From Amphiscolops sp. MND2022 (Eukaryota), in contig OZ076409.1 in assembly GCA_964187785.1 (NCBI GenBank), positions 11,410,001 to 11,474,000 on the forward strand: a stretch of DNA of 64,000 nt, given 5' to 3'. Each line of letters begins with the position of its first letter. The stretch's first letter is position 1. A program made the position numbers and the translations under genes. The notes below the pieces were generated by a model. That model made no database searches. It saw nothing but the letters and a program-made list of their open reading frames with translations, and was not told the origin of the DNA. Below, piece by piece: positions 12,720-26,226 of this stretch.

Positions 12720-13557
12720 AAAGTTTATACTTTCAACAAAGATGCATCCGCTGTTCAGTAGTCTTTTGTGAAGATATTGAGGCAGTCTTGTGAGCAAAAA
12801 TAACTCAAATTGGAACCGAAAAGGAGAAAAAAACCCAAAATTTTCCAACTTTCAACCTTTTTATCCAATGTTTGTCGAATTTTCGAAAGGCTTCGTGGAT
12901 TAGATTGTTAACACGAAAACATCATGTCGTTCAGTAGGCTTTTCAAATGGAAAATGTCTCAACTTGACACCGAAATGACCAAAATTTTCCAGTTTTTAAC
13001 AATTTTATTCTAATTTATCAAATTTTCGATAAACTTCGTGCATGCGAATGTTAACAATGTTCAACGAGTGAACAACTCGCTGTCAGGAGGTTTTTGTCAC
13101 GCGATAAATACAGTCTGTAAAAAATGCCTCACACCCAGAAAATGTCGGAAAAAAAATTTTCCAAGTTTTTGTGGTTTTTCATGCAAGTTCAGTATATTTT
13201 CCACTTCTTTTAATGCAACGTATGTGTACCTTCTGAAATGTTTTGAACGTTGAAAACGTAAAGAACGTTGAAAACGTACAACAACAGTCGCACGCCCTAT
13301 CGAAAAAATTTGTTTTGAACTTTCAATGAAACATTTTGAAATTTTCAATGATTTTATAAAAGTTTAGATACATTTAGTAAGCTAAAAAGGATTCAGATAG
13401 GTTTTTGCTCAGCACGTTTTTGAATGAGTAGTTTGCAGGTTCTGTTGTTGAAATTCACGGCAAAACGACCAAAATGAACGAAAAACTAGAAAAACATAAG
13501 TTCTTGAAATATTATGCTGTATGTTGTATGCGTTTCGAGCAATTTAAAAGAAGATTA

Positions 13558-13984
13558 AACAAGCCGGGACCGGCCCAAATCGGCGCCATATCCAAGGCTC
13601 AAAAATAGCAAAAGGACTTCGAAGTGTCAATTTACAGTACTCGCAAATCGAAAAGCCAAAAAAATGGACCGAGTGGCGCGCCGGGGCCCGCTAGCGCGAG
13701 CCCCTGGCGCGCTAAAGAGAAACAAATTTTAGAAAAAAATCTCAAAATACCGAAAAAAATGTCGCAAAACGGGCAAAAAAATGAAAGGGGTCTCGCCCGG
13801 TATGGTATGTTACGCGGGAAAACAGGAAAAACCTTTTTGGTTCGCTAGACCAAATACTGCAATTTGGTGCAATAATATTTTGTAGAATTTTTAGGAACTA
13901 TTTTGGTCAGTTCGTGTGGATTGAAAAAAAAAGAAAAGCCACTATAATAGTCGCGTTTCACTTTCATGAAGCGCCGACTAAAAA
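13558..13984 (-). mobile_element. Helentron-associated non-autonomous repeat (HINE/DINE-1-like)
   Basis: Ends AACAAGCCGGGACCGGCCC-AATCGGCGCC and AGTCGCG...GCGCCGACTAAAAA: asymmetric subterminal inverted repeats plus terminal hairpins, shared with other copies in the window. Confidence 0.65.
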
Positions 13985-14666
13985 CTAAGCAACTGCTAAA
14001 CTTGGTATTTAGTAGACGTTTCTGAACAGTTAACAGCATTCTCTTGTTCAATTTTTGACAAATTGTACTCAAGTTTTGTCAAACCACAAACATTTTTATA
14101 GAATAGAACTTCCATGACCTTAACGTTGAAACAATAGGATATACAAAACTAAAATTGGATAGAAAGTGGTATAAAGTTCTTCAAACTTGACAATAAAGGT
14201 GTCAAAACTATTTCATTTTTTGACAAACTTGTCCCATTTTTGGACACTTTCCGAAAATCTCCTTTTATTAGAACGTTTATAGGGTCAAGATAGAAACATG
14301 AAGCCGCTGGTAGTGATTAAAAAAATCGCACAATTTTTTTGCAGAAACAAAACATTACTCGAAAACGTGAAATTCTTTTTCAAACTTATTTTTCGAAAAA
14401 GTATTATTCAATAAGTTTCCAGCGAAATCACCAGCTATGCTGTATGCATTCCAGAAGAAAATAATTAGCAGTTTCCCACATAGGAAGAAAACCTCAGAAT
14501 GGCCCAAAAACTAAAAAAGACATGTTTTCATTTTTTGACGCTTTATGACGTTTTGTGCAAAAATATAAAAATCTACAATGTTAGGTACTGGTATCCACGT
14601 AGTTCAACAACAAAACAATTAGGTACTTAGCGTGTTTATAAGTTAGTTGTTTCCGTTAGAAACATG

Positions 14667-14834
14667 TGTAATAGCTAACGGCTTGATAAAAGAAGTGTGA
14701 AAGCAAATCAACTGTATTTCAGCTATCTCAGACTGTAATGGTGGTCTTTACTATTTTGTCAGAACACTGTGTTTCTGTCTGGCAGGTACTTTGTCAACTT
14801 TGACTAACTGTTCTTTTATCGCAACACTACTACA
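14667..14834 (-). repeat. 3' LTR of element C
   Basis: Direct repeat of 19511-19678, preceded on the minus strand by the polypurine tract GGCGGGGGAA (14835-14844). Confidence 0.95.
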
Positions 14835-15098
14835 TTCCCCCGCCTGCAATTGACGGTTGGGAATTATAGGGGATACAGTGATTTATAAATGTAACAAGAA
14901 CACAATTGTACAGATTAGGTAAGGTAAGGATAACTGAAAAATACTACAACGTCAAGTTTAAAATGTTTCTCATGTTTTAGTTTTTCGCCGCTTTTTTCTT
15001 CTCTTTCACTTCACAGATATACACTGGAAATCCATATCGATCGGGTGCCCGTCTACTTCTTCTGATCTTTTCTGGCATATCGTCTGGGTCGTCTTGTT

Positions 15099-18000
15099 CT
15101 ATTCTTTCTTCTTGTTCCAATTCAGCAAACACCTGTGTGTTTTCTTGTTTCTGTTTGTCGATATCTTCCAGGGCATATTGTCTCGCTCTTTTTGGGGCTC
15201 TTTGTTTTCTCGCGGGCTTTGGCTTTTGGATAAGACTGTCTCGTCTGTTTTTCCTTCTGGGATGAATTTCACCGTGTGACTTGTTTCTGCGGTGACCTTT
15301 CCCCTTCTCTTTTTGAAAAGTCCTGTCAACTTCCCTTTTCTCTGCCGTTCTCTGACGAATATCGTGCTATCGTCATCTCTTGGGAAGTCTTGGAGTCTGT
15401 CCAGGTCCACATTTTTGTCGTAATCTAAATCATTCAATTCTTTATAAAGTTTTACGATTAAAGATGTTATCGTGTTTGGTTTTCGGCCCGTGTGCCTCTC
15501 GAACGGTGATTTTCCATCTTTTCCTTTGCTAGTTCTTAGTGCGCTTACCAGTTGGTAGAACAATTTGTTCTGCCTTTCCGCTAAAACTTCAGGGTTAGTT
15601 CTTAGGCTCTCGTTCACCGTTCTTATGAGTCTCTCGACCTTTCCGTTTCCTCTGTGGTCATATGTTGGACAAACTATGTGGCGGATCCCGAATTCTTCTC
15701 TAAAGTTTTTAAATTCGCTTCCCATGAAGACCGCGGCTTGGTCTGTTCGCACAATTTGTGGAATTCCGTTGTCACTTATATATTTTCGCAAGAATTTTTC
15801 GATTCCTTTCATGTCAGTACTTTTTACAAATTTTAGAGTAGGGTATGCTGAAAAATGATCTATTGCGACTAATATATATTTTCTATTTTCGGGAGCTCCT
15901 GAAAAAGGACCCATAAAATCTAGCGCGATTTCTTCAATAACTTGTTTTGGTTTTCTAATATTTCCGAATTCCCGTTGACTTTTTAGGGGTTTTACATTCT
16001 TACCTGCTTTTTGGCAGTTCGTGCATGTCCTTGCTACCGCAACAATTTGTCGATTAATTTGCGGCCACCAGACCTCATCTACCGACCCCAGCATCGCATC
16101 TCTGCCATTATGACCGCTGTGGATGCTGTTTAATACTGCTTGTCTTAAGTCGGAAGGAATAACTAATCGATTTTCGAAATAAACAAGCTCTCTGTCTACT
16201 CTCAAGTCCTTGAATACGTGGCGATACAATTTGTTTTCTTTACTGAGAAGATTAATATCACGCCTTAATACAGCGTCACGAACGTTTTGTAATTTCAAGT
16301 CAGCTTGATAATTTGACATTAATAGGCCATCAGTAATTTCTTTGAAGGTTTTCACCTTTACGAATTTAACTTCAGGTTCGGGGTTAACTTGCGATGCAGA
16401 TGAACTTTCCTCTATTGAGGATACAGTTGATTGGAGTGGGGAAGTTTTTAATTTCTCTTCTCTCACTTGTAAAAATTGTTCGCTTTTGGAAGTTTTTAAC
16501 GCTTTAATTAAACTGCGTGTATTATTTCTTTCACGGCTAATTTGCAGTCGACTCATTTCTAATTGTTTATTCTCGCACTCAAGACGGTCAGCGCTTCCTA
16601 CTTTCTCTTCAGCGTTGTTTCTTTGCTGAACGCTGATTGGCTGATTGCACAATTTGTTTAGCCTCTGATTAGTAGGTAGCTGCCTGCTGCCATTCTTATC
16701 TAATTCTTGTACTGAATTAACTACGAACCAACTTTCCCATAGTTTTTTAGCGCTTTTTGACCATTCGTTTTCATTATAATCGCTTGGATGCCTTGACAAA
16801 TAGTCGGCTAATCCCATGGTTCGTCCTGGTTGATGTACTACTTCCATATCAAAGGGAAAAAGCCTGTCTATCCACCTCGTAAGCCTACTTGAATAAGTTT
16901 TATTACCGTGATTGCTTTTTAGTGCGGTTTCTAAGGTTTTGTGGTCCGAAATTACCTCGAATTGGACTCCGTACACGTAGTTCCGGAAATGTTCTACAGC
17001 CCAGACTATAGCAAGTAATTCTAATTCATTCGTAGAATATCTTGTTTCATAATCTGACAAATATCGTGATGCGCATGATAACAATTCCCACTCATTTTTA
17101 TCGTTTTTCTGCATTAATATTGCCCCCAGGCCTTCGTGACTCGCGTCGCAAATTATGCGCAATTTGCTTGATCTATTAAAATGCGATAGTTTAATTATTT
17201 GTTGTACACTTTTTTGTACTCGAGTGAAAGCTAAATCGTGTTTTTCTTTCCACTGCCAAGTTCCCTCCTTTTTTAGTAAGTCTCTAAACGGTTCGGTAAT
17301 TTGGGCCAATCCGGTGATAAATTTTGTTAATTGGTTTACGGCTCCCAAATAGGATCTTAGTTCTTTTAAGTTTTTGGGTTTAAGTTTCTCCGTTATCCCT
17401 TGCACCTTTTCATTCAATGGTTTTATTCCTTTTTCTGAAATGTTGAATCCAAGCCAATCTATTTCATTTTTCGCAATTTTACATTTTTCTTCCTTGAGTT
17501 GTAGTTTTCTACTATCTAATTTTCTAAAAACCTCCCTAGCCTTTTCTTCGTGTTCTTCCCTAGTTCATTTTGTTACTATTAAAATATCATCTATAAAAAC
17601 AAACACATTAGAGATATTTATTAAAATGTCCTCCATTATTCGCTGAAAATCTGTGGGCATTACTGTGAGCCCATAAAATCCTGTTTTAAAACGGTATATG
17701 CCGCTAGATTTTCCCCCGATAATTGCGAAGTTACAGTGTTTCGCCAATGCGGGGTTTAGTTTTACTTGTCCGAATGCGTATTTAAGGTCGACTGATGTAA
17801 ACCATACTTTTTCTCCGTCTTCCGACGTGATCGTTTCTGCCAAGGTATTCAATAAGTCGAAGTCGTCCAAATTCGGCATCTGGTATTTATCTTTCTTTAT
17901 ATTTTCGTTCATCGCTCTGGCATCTAACGCTATTTTAACTGTTTTGTCTCGTTTTACTGTAATGACCGTGGGTTGTATGAAAACGTCATCTTTTATTTCA

Positions 18001-19511
18001 CTGACTTTTTCGATATGTCCATTTTTTATCAGTTTTTGCAGTTCCTTTTCAACCGAATTTTGGAGTTGTAGGGGTATGCGGCGTCCCTTTTGTTGTTTTG
18101 GTACAAAATTTTCTTTAAACTGCGCATTTATTTCGTGTCCTTCGACTCGTCCGTGCCTATTGAACAATTCTCCAAATTCGGTAAACAATTTGTTTGGTGG
18201 TTCACCTACGCAATCAATTTCACACTTACCACCATCTGTCTTTAGCTTGACGCCCAAACCCCTCAATCAGTCTCGGCCTATCACTGTTCTCGCGCCGTTT
18301 TCTGCTATTAGGGCCCTGACCTTGTCCAGCTTTTTACATCCTGCTTCGACTTGTCCAATAATAGCCCCGATGAACTCAATTTTGTTTCGGCTGTAGTCAA
18401 CATATTTTTCGTCTTCTCGCAGGGTTTGCAATTTGTAGTTTTTTCCAAACATTTTGTCCACGTGTGCTTTTGTGAAAATTGTGATCGGGGACCCGGTGTC
18501 AATGAGTGCGTGGAAGGGTTTTCTGTTAAACTTTCCTTTCAATACAAAGGGTTTGTTTGTGTGTCCCTGTTCTTCGTCGATGAGAAATATTTCCACTTCT
18601 TCTCCTGACTCGTCCTCCGATCTGCTCCATGATGATTTTGACTGTACTACATTCACCCTTTTTTGTTGGGGGGCCTTGTTTTGTTTCACGTCTGTTTGTT
18701 TCATTCGGCACATTCGCGCATAGTGACCCATTCTCCCGCAGTTTCTGCACTGTACGTTTTTCGCCTTGCAAATCTTCTGATGTCCGGCGACGAATAGTCT
18801 TTCTCCGCATTTGTAACATTCGTTGTGTTTCTCTATCGCGAACACCGGTTCCTCTTTAATGTTTGTTGATTTCACACAAATTGTTTTCTTTTGGTAGGCA
18901 CCTTGTTCAAATGCTACCGCAAATTTTAATGCGTCCTCTGGGTTGTCCTTTGGTTCAGTGAAAAGTCTCTCTTGCACTGTTGTATTCTTCATATTCGATA
19001 CGAATATATCGTAAACTAGTCCAGTGGTCTGTGAACCAAAGTCACAATTTGCAGCTAGTCCGTTTAGGGCGTGCCAAAACTGTTCTAAACTCTCGTCGTC
19101 CTTTTGTTTTCTATTTAAAAATTTGTGGCGGTCCATCAACCGATTTCGCTTTTTCTGAAATGCCTCGTTGCATTCTTTCAGGAGATCTTTCAATGTAGTT
19201 GTTTTTATGTCCATATTGGGTTTCCGATCCAATAATGCCTTTCTGGCAGCTTCTCCGAGTGCTATATACAGGAAACTCACTGCTTTTTTCTCTGCAATGG
19301 ACTCTTCTGCACCTCCCATCAGTTCTTTTTTTCTAGGGTTTGTGCTTGCATCCTCTCTTGTGAGTTCTTCTAACGCTTTGGAGGATTTCGCCATAAGGGT
19401 TGCTTCAAACAGTTCTAGCCATCGACTCCATTCATGTTGTTTTTCTGCGGCTGGATCTTGCCAGAATACGGGTATGCCCGATATTGGTTGGCTTTCCGCT
19501 CGCAGCGCCAT
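15099..19511 (-). pseudogene. gag-pol: gag-pol of element C, one frame with two premature stops
   Basis: Two zinc knuckles (CYKC...H...C and CRNCGRMGHYARMC), LIDTGS protease, FIDD RT, ICDAS RNase H, HSGH...CTNC and D..D..E integrase. TGA stops at 18267-18269 (IGRD*L) and 17565-17567. Confidence 0.92.
19498..19510 (-). promoter_or_regulatory. Primer-binding site of element C (TGGCGCTGCGAGC), probably tRNA-Ser
   Basis: TGG directly follows the 5' LTR terminal CA. The complement resembles eukaryotic tRNA-Ser 3' ends (from recall, not searched). Confidence 0.7.
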
Positions 19512-19678
19512 GTAATAGCTAACGGCTTGATAAAAGAAGTGTGAAAGCAAATCAACTGTATTTCAGCTATCTCAGACCGTAATGGTGGTCTTTACTATTT
19601 TGTCAGAACACTGTGTTTCTGTCTGGCAGGTACTTTGTCAACTTTGACTAACTGTTCTTTTATCGCAACACTACTACA
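19511..19678 (-). repeat. 5' LTR of element C
   Basis: Direct repeat of 14667-14834, followed by the PBS. Confidence 0.95.
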
Positions 19679-21300
19679 ACATGAATCAAAACTTTTTGTA
19701 CAACTGTTACTGCATTTTCATAGTGCAATAGTTACTCTTCAGCCTCAAATTTTTGTGGTTGTAGTACAGTTTGGGGCGGAAAAAATTTGCTGGTCAGCGT
19801 GCGTCTTGTTAATTAAACATCGTGCTTATTCGGAAAACGATACTTCTAATCACTTTGAAAAGATGTCAGTTAACTGCATGTTCGAACCTCTAGCGTCACT
19901 TTCGATCTCTGATATGTTTTGACCAAACCAAGTTGTTTGAATATGCAAAGGACACCTTTTTAAACTTTGATCAATTTTTATTGGCACAAATTTTCCAAGG
20001 AATACGCATAAGTCTCGGAAATCGTTTTTTCCCAACTGGAAACACTAGAAGACCCACTTTTGCAAATTAATTTGTTCTTGAATTTTTAGGAATAGATTCA
20101 AAGTGCCAAAAAAGGAGCTTTCTATGAAAGCGAAGGGGGTAGTTTTGACCACCCTTTGGTCACCCCTTTAGAAAATGAAATTTTCGGAAAAAAAAGAAAT
20201 AGCGGAAACAAGCTTGGATATGTCTTCTCTACAATCATCAAGAAAACTCAGCAGTTCCGCAGAATCAAAAAGTAAGAAAAACGTCACCCTCAAAACTCGG
20301 GAATCATGTTTCTTCATGATCTTTCTTCATCATCTTTCTAGAAAACATCAAATGCAAAAAAGTGTGAAAAAAAAACGTTTCAATTGTTTTGGAAAATTTC
20401 CTTCAATTTTTTTAACTTCAGTGAGTCGCAGAGTGTCGCAGAAACTAAAAGTCGCAAAACATCTATGTTCGCAAAACGCTTTTTTTCTGCTGAAAATCGA
20501 GGGAGGGAGTTTCGGTTTGATAGAAAAAAGTTGGAAAGTGCTGAAAAACTCAATAGATACTCTAAGTGTCTTTGGTCTACCCCCTACTTTTTGTGGAAAA
20601 AAACATACTTTTTTTGGTTTAGTTCGGGACTCGAGCCTATATACCCCGCTTGGAAGACCTCTTCTCAGATCTTCTTAGATACCCGGGTTAACCTCTACGC
20701 CGAGTGGCATTTAGAAGTTACTAACTTTGCCAAAATAGGAAATTTTTAGTAGAAACATTTTGACTAGTTCAGGTGTATCGAAACAAAAACTGTGTCGACT
20801 AAAAACTAACATTCACATACTGGAGGCTATATCAAATCCAATTAACATGTCCAGACCCCTAAAGTGTTCCTCTGGATAATTCTGACCCGAAGTAACCAAA
20901 CCATTAGTAAACCATAGAACTATGCAACCGTCAAATTAGGATGTCCAACTCGGAACAAACCATTATAGATGGTACAAATCGGTTTCCGAATCAAAGATGG
21001 ACCTCAAAGCCATTCCACGAGTGACTTTTGGACATGCGGGAAAATGTGCAATTGATTAGATTATTTGTCATCTTAATTTTGTCTTTGTTATTTCACGTTG
21101 ACCCGAGCAGCAACGTCGAGAGAAAACTATCAGAACTAGTCATAGGAGCAAAAGTCGTTCCAACAAACAGAAACTTTTTTGTTCAAGTTAGATTTCTGGG
21201 AAACTCTCTCAACCCTCGAAACTGAATTTTATACCGACACTCTATGTGCATTTATTTATGACTTATTTTTCAGATACTTTTCGGCTGAGATATTTCCAGG

Positions 21301-21795
21301 TTTTTAGTCGGCGCGTTTTCCTTTTCAGGAAAAATGTCCGACTCTTACAGTGACCTTTTTTCAGACCACAGACACTGATCCACTGGTCCACTTTTCAGAG
21401 AAACTCCTGAAATCACTAAGGCCAAGTCCTGCCCATGCAAACTTAGTGCAAAGGGTCCCTTTCATTTTTTTAATTTTCTAAGGTAACCTACAAAACCGAA
21501 CGAGACTTACAGGTGACCCCTTTCATTTTTTTCGGCACTATGCCCCTTCTACATTTTTCGGCACTATGCGACATTTTCCGAAAGGAAAAATCCAAATTTT
21601 TTCCTCAAAAAATTTTTTTGTTCCCTTTTGGAGAAAAAGTGGTTTCCGAGTCTTATCGAGCTTGAAAGGCACCCTTTGGGCGTCTCGAAACTCTGTTTTG
21701 TCAGCTTTTCATAAATACGTCCTGTGCATTTTTCAAAAACTTTGCTCTTTTTGAGCCTTAGATATAGCGCCGACTTTAGACGTTCTCGTCTTGTT
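21301..21795 (+). mobile_element. HINE/DINE-1-like repeat copy
   Basis: Starts TTTTTAGTCGGCGC...CCGACT (hairpin) and ends GCGCCGACTTT-AGACGTTCTCGTCT-TGTT (subterminal inverted repeat plus hairpin). Confidence 0.7.
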
Positions 21796-22302
21796 TGTTT
21801 CCAAACGATTGAGTGTCGTGAGTGTTGTATTTTTTGTAACAGTATACGAAACATATCTCAGTACCACTGCTTCACTTGTTCCATTATCTGCGAAAGTGGT
21901 TTGGGTCATTTGATGCCAAAAATCAGTGAAGTAGCAATAGCTTCTAGTATTGGGCTCAAAATAGGTTTATAAAACAATTTATCTAGAATCAGTAACAATC
22001 AATTCTGCTGAACAATTAATCATTCAAGAGTATTTTCGATCAAACAGTTACGGAGATTTGTGAAATTATTGAAAAAAACTGCCTAGAATGAAAAGAGCTG
22101 TAAAATGTTCTAAGAATCTAGTGAAAACTGTTGAATTTTTTGTGGGTATGAATAAGCACGGAGTTCAACAGGAAATTGATTATCTTCTCAGCTTTCTTTC
22201 ATAAACTAATTTGATAATTTATTGAAATTTAACGTTTTGACTACACTTTTTACACTTATTTTCAAATGTTATGCTAAACAGAGTTAGGCGAAAGCTAAAG
22301 CA

Positions 22303-23080
22303 AACAAGCTGGGAACGGCCCAAGCGGCGCCATATCTAAGGCTCAAAAAGATTCGAAAACCACTTTTTCTACAACTGGAGACAACAAAATCTCTCAAAAA
22401 ACTGAAAATTGAGAAAAAAATCCGAATTTCTTTTCGAATTTTTTTTGAAGTTTCCGGTAAGTCGCATGGTGCCGAAAAATGTAAAAGGGTGACCCTTTGG
22501 GATTTTTTGAACATCCATTCTATTGCAAAATATCAAAAAATTGATGGGGGACCCTTTGGAGCAATAAAAAAATTTCGGAAAAAAAATTTCAACAGTCTCA
22601 CAGTGCCGAAAAAAAGGGAAAGTCTCACAGTGTCGAAAAAAGTGGAAAGAGGGACCCTTCTGCTTTGGAATGGCTTTTCATCTCATGTTAGAGGCTTTGG
22701 ATGCGTTGAAAATGAAGTACTAAGTACATATGGTAAAAGTGCATTAATGCACAAAAAGTGGACCGATCGCGTTGAACTGACGATAAAAAAAACTGGTCAC
22801 TGTAAGAGTCGGGATTTGCTTCGAAAACGCCGACTAAAAATTGAAAAAAAAATTTTTGGTCTCCGGTAAGTCGCATAGTGCCGAAAACGTAAAAGGGGAC
22901 CTCAAAAAGGATAATTTACCTCTATCTCAAGTGCCAGTAGAAGTAGTGTGGCAGTTAGCGTTAGTGCAAGTCAGCTTATAAAGCTTATAAAATCTGTCAC
23001 TTCTTTGGTCTTAAAAAATGATCAAAAAGAAAAGTCACTGCTATAGTCTGCGTTTTCTACGAAAAGCGCCGACTAAAAAA
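22303..23080 (-). mobile_element. HINE/DINE-1-like repeat: full copy 22303-22840 plus adjoining partial copy to 23080
   Basis: Same termini as the other copies. 22303-22840 is very similar to 62677-63162. Internal GTCTCACAGTG(C/T)CGAAAAA repeats. Confidence 0.7.
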
Positions 23081-23305
23081 CAGCTGAAAAAAGCTTTGAA
23101 AGTAGTTTTTGAAATTTTCGAATAATTCATTGTTTAGAAAAATTAACAAAATAATTTTCGAATTGTCGATGTATGTTCTGTGAGCGTAAGAACCCAGTTC
23201 AAAAATTTTACAAAACTGTCTTCTTAATTCTACTTTAGCTAAAATCTTGATTCTGATTGGGTATTTACTGCCCTTTTTCCATTTGAAAAAAGTTCTGTTG
23301 GCCTT

Positions 23306-23889
23306 CCCAGGTTGACCCAACATACTCACTATACTATGATCATACTAAAATCATACTATGATCATGGTCATTCCATGATCATGATCATGCCAAGACCTTA
23401 CCACAGTGACCATGTTCCATAGTATGATCATACTATGATCCATCATGTTTCATAGTATGAACATAATATGGAAATCATGTTTGGAGAAAAATGTCGGACA
23501 TGACAACCACCTGTAAACAAAGTTTACAGAAATAGGTTGCCGAGGTCCTTATTCTGTATTTTTAAGGAGGCACTCAGCTCGTGAGATACAGCGTATCACA
23601 CTTGGCGAGACCCACGACGAGAACGTGGCCTCCACGGGTCTCAAAAAAACTGAAAAAAAAGAACTATGAAATACTGAATTTCCAATTTACCATTTCCAAT
23701 AATAACCGCTAGGTGATAATCGAATTTTTCGAAAATTTCGAACATGTTCAATCATACTATGATCATAGTCACCGACATGCTATTCATAATATGACCATAC
23801 TATGATCATAGTATGACCATCATTTTCCATCATGACCATACTATGACATGGTATGATTCATCATTTCCGAGTATGTCGGTCAACCTGGG
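23306..23889. mobile_element. MITE with CCC...GGG termini and CATACTATGAT subterminal repeats (CACTA/CMC-like)
   Basis: TIRs CCCAGGTTGACCCAACATACTC / GAGTATGTCGGTCAACCTGGG, with TT on both flanks (2-bp TSD). Confidence 0.7.
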
Positions 23890-25625
23890 TTGTTCTAATT
23901 TTATACTGAAAAGATAGAGGTTCCTACACCCAATTCAATTAAGAAAAAAAAGAGGTTCGTAGCATACGCGTCTGCGGAGATTGCGAACTTAGCTGGAAAA
24001 TGTGGTAATTTTCAAATCAATCTTTATCATGTTTCTGCCATTTCGAAATATTTTTTCCGCATGAATATCCACACCCGAGTTCAACTGCAAAACAATCAAT
24101 TCCTTAACTTTCTTTTTTATTAAACTGAAGAAAGCGAAAGTTTTTTGAGGTGCCTAATTGCCAAAAGGAGTCAAAAAATGTCAATGTTTATGCAAGTTTT
24201 CAACTTTTTGGTGCAAGTTTGGAACGCTTTCATTGGCATGAAATTATTGGTTGAGCACAGTTCTCAAACGAATGTTGTGGCTAATACAACTCAACTAGGA
24301 AGATAATCTGATGCACAGCTGTTGTTCCTTTCTGATGCTGGCATATTTTTATAAAAAACATCGATTGTTTAAATGAGGACTTTGGCAGCGCATTTCACAA
24401 CGTAAGAATTCATTTTTCTTCCAAACCACGGCATCAAAAAAGCACTCGTTTTCTTTCATTCATGTCTGAATTTCTTTCCATTTCTTCTCATTTCCTTTTG
24501 ACAAAAATAGTAACCAAATTTCTGAAAAAAAAATCAAATTCAAGTGTTTTTTCTATAACTAATTGGAACCTCCAAAATTTCAACTAAGGAACATCAGCTT
24601 GAGACGTTACCCAGAAATTGACTTTGTGACATTTTTCTCTACAACTTGCGAAAATCACGGAAAAACCTGGGAAATCCCTGTCTAATCTTGGAAAATCTTG
24701 AAAATTTTCCCTGAAATCAAGTATCCTTGAAATTCTTGGCCAGTTCTTGATATGTGAACTTTCCATTTTTCATACGGGAAAGCCGCTTCAACTATTTAGT
24801 GGAGAATTGGGCAGCTAAAATGCAAAATTGCTATAATTAGAGATAGTTTAGTACAGGAAACCACGCAAAGATCCCTAGAAGCCTTAAGAATTCGAGGGAA
24901 TTCCCACGTTGCCGTGTGAAGAAAAAGTTCACATTATTCCGAGCTGAATACTTTTGCCACAACATTTCCGTTGAAATCTTCAATGACGTCATTGAGCAAT
25001 TAGGAGAAACCAAGCAGTCAGTCGATTTGCAGCGGATTGAGTCTATTAGTGCAGCTTGAGAAAAGTAGCAGCGACAAAGCTTCCCTTATTGGGTTTTTTC
25101 ACCAAGTATCGATTCCATAAATTTTTACGACCTAGAGAATACTCAAAAGTCTGAGCTATACAAATGAGCTATACAAAAGACTCAGAACAAAAAATCATGG
25201 CTGGATTTCAGCTAATGTTTCTGCGTAATTGTGTTAACGACAATTGCAAAAGTGAAAAACTCTTTTTTTTGCTCTTGATGGTGCCAAGTAATTACGTGAG
25301 AACTTTTATGACAGGTCATTATCAGCTGTTTCATTAGTAACATTAGCAACTTCCTTCGTTGCTTCTTATACTGCAGAAAGAAAGTCAGTGTTTTAAACTA
25401 AAAGAACCGTCAATTTGGTTCTCTACCAGTTAATAACGTTTCTTGAATTAGACTTCCATACATGGCAAATGAAGTTTTTTGCGAAAATAAAGTTTTATTT
25501 CGTTTTCAATTTTCATCAGAATATTTTTCTGTCGTTGAATGAGGTTTTCGACACAGTTGTAGAAAAAATTACTACCTCAATAGCTTCATTGAAATGGGAT
25601 TTGGCTTCAAAAACTTGGATGAAAC

Positions 25626-26226
25626 GATTACCAGAAATTTCGTCGTCAGAAATTTCGTCGCAAGAAATTTCGTCGTCGGAAATTTCGTCGCCAGAAATTT
25701 CGTCGTCAGAATTTTCGTCGCCGGTGATTACGTTCTACAAAACGTGGCATTTTCTTTAATCTAATAGGAATCGTTTTATTATTGAGTCTTAATATATATC
25801 GATAATTGTACAATTATTACTATATTACTATATATTATTGTACAATTATGGTATATTTTCAGTCCTACCGGTGTAACTACTTATCGGGCTTTACAATACA
25901 ATTTAAGTTTGTTCCAGGGGGAATTTTTGCTTTTTTTGCTCAATATTGCTCAATGAGCGTCTTGATGCGTTGATTCAATGCAATTAACTTTTTGACTCAA
26001 TTTTGGTGTCAAAATGAAACTTGTTCCTAAGATCTCATTTTAATAATTAAATAATTGAATAATTCAAATGATATTTTTTGGTAAACGCTGTTATTCTAAT
26101 CAATACGACGAAATTTCTGACGACGAATTTCCTGACGACGAAATTTCTGGATTTGTTAATACGACGAAATTTCCTAGGACGAAATTTCCGACAACGAAAT
26201 TTCTAACGACGAAATTTCCGCCTCCC
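25626..26226. mobile_element. Foldback/MULE-like MITE with inverted arrays of a 15-bp unit (CAGAAATTTCGTCGT)
   Basis: About 6 units at 25631-25720 and about 7 inverted units at 26105-26220. GATGAAAC is directly repeated at 25618-25625 and 26227-26234. Confidence 0.7.

Larger units (their letters stand above)
14667..19678 (-). mobile_element. Full-length Ty3/Gypsy (Mag-like) LTR retrotransposon, element C, 5012 bp
   Basis: 168-bp LTRs (TGTAAT...CTACA) at 14667-14834 and 19511-19678, one difference seen. ACATG TSD at 14662-14666 and 19679-19683. PBS and PPT present. Single gag-pol frame. Confidence 0.96.

Noticed and set aside
20175..20810. Lys/Phe-rich ORFs of 167 and 121 aa
   Set aside because: They overlap degenerate HINE-like, A/T-run-rich repeat sequence, and their composition reflects the repeat.
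25631..26220. CRISPR-like array
   Set aside because: The units are contiguous 15-mers without unique spacers, arranged as inverted arrays in a eukaryotic context with no cas genes.
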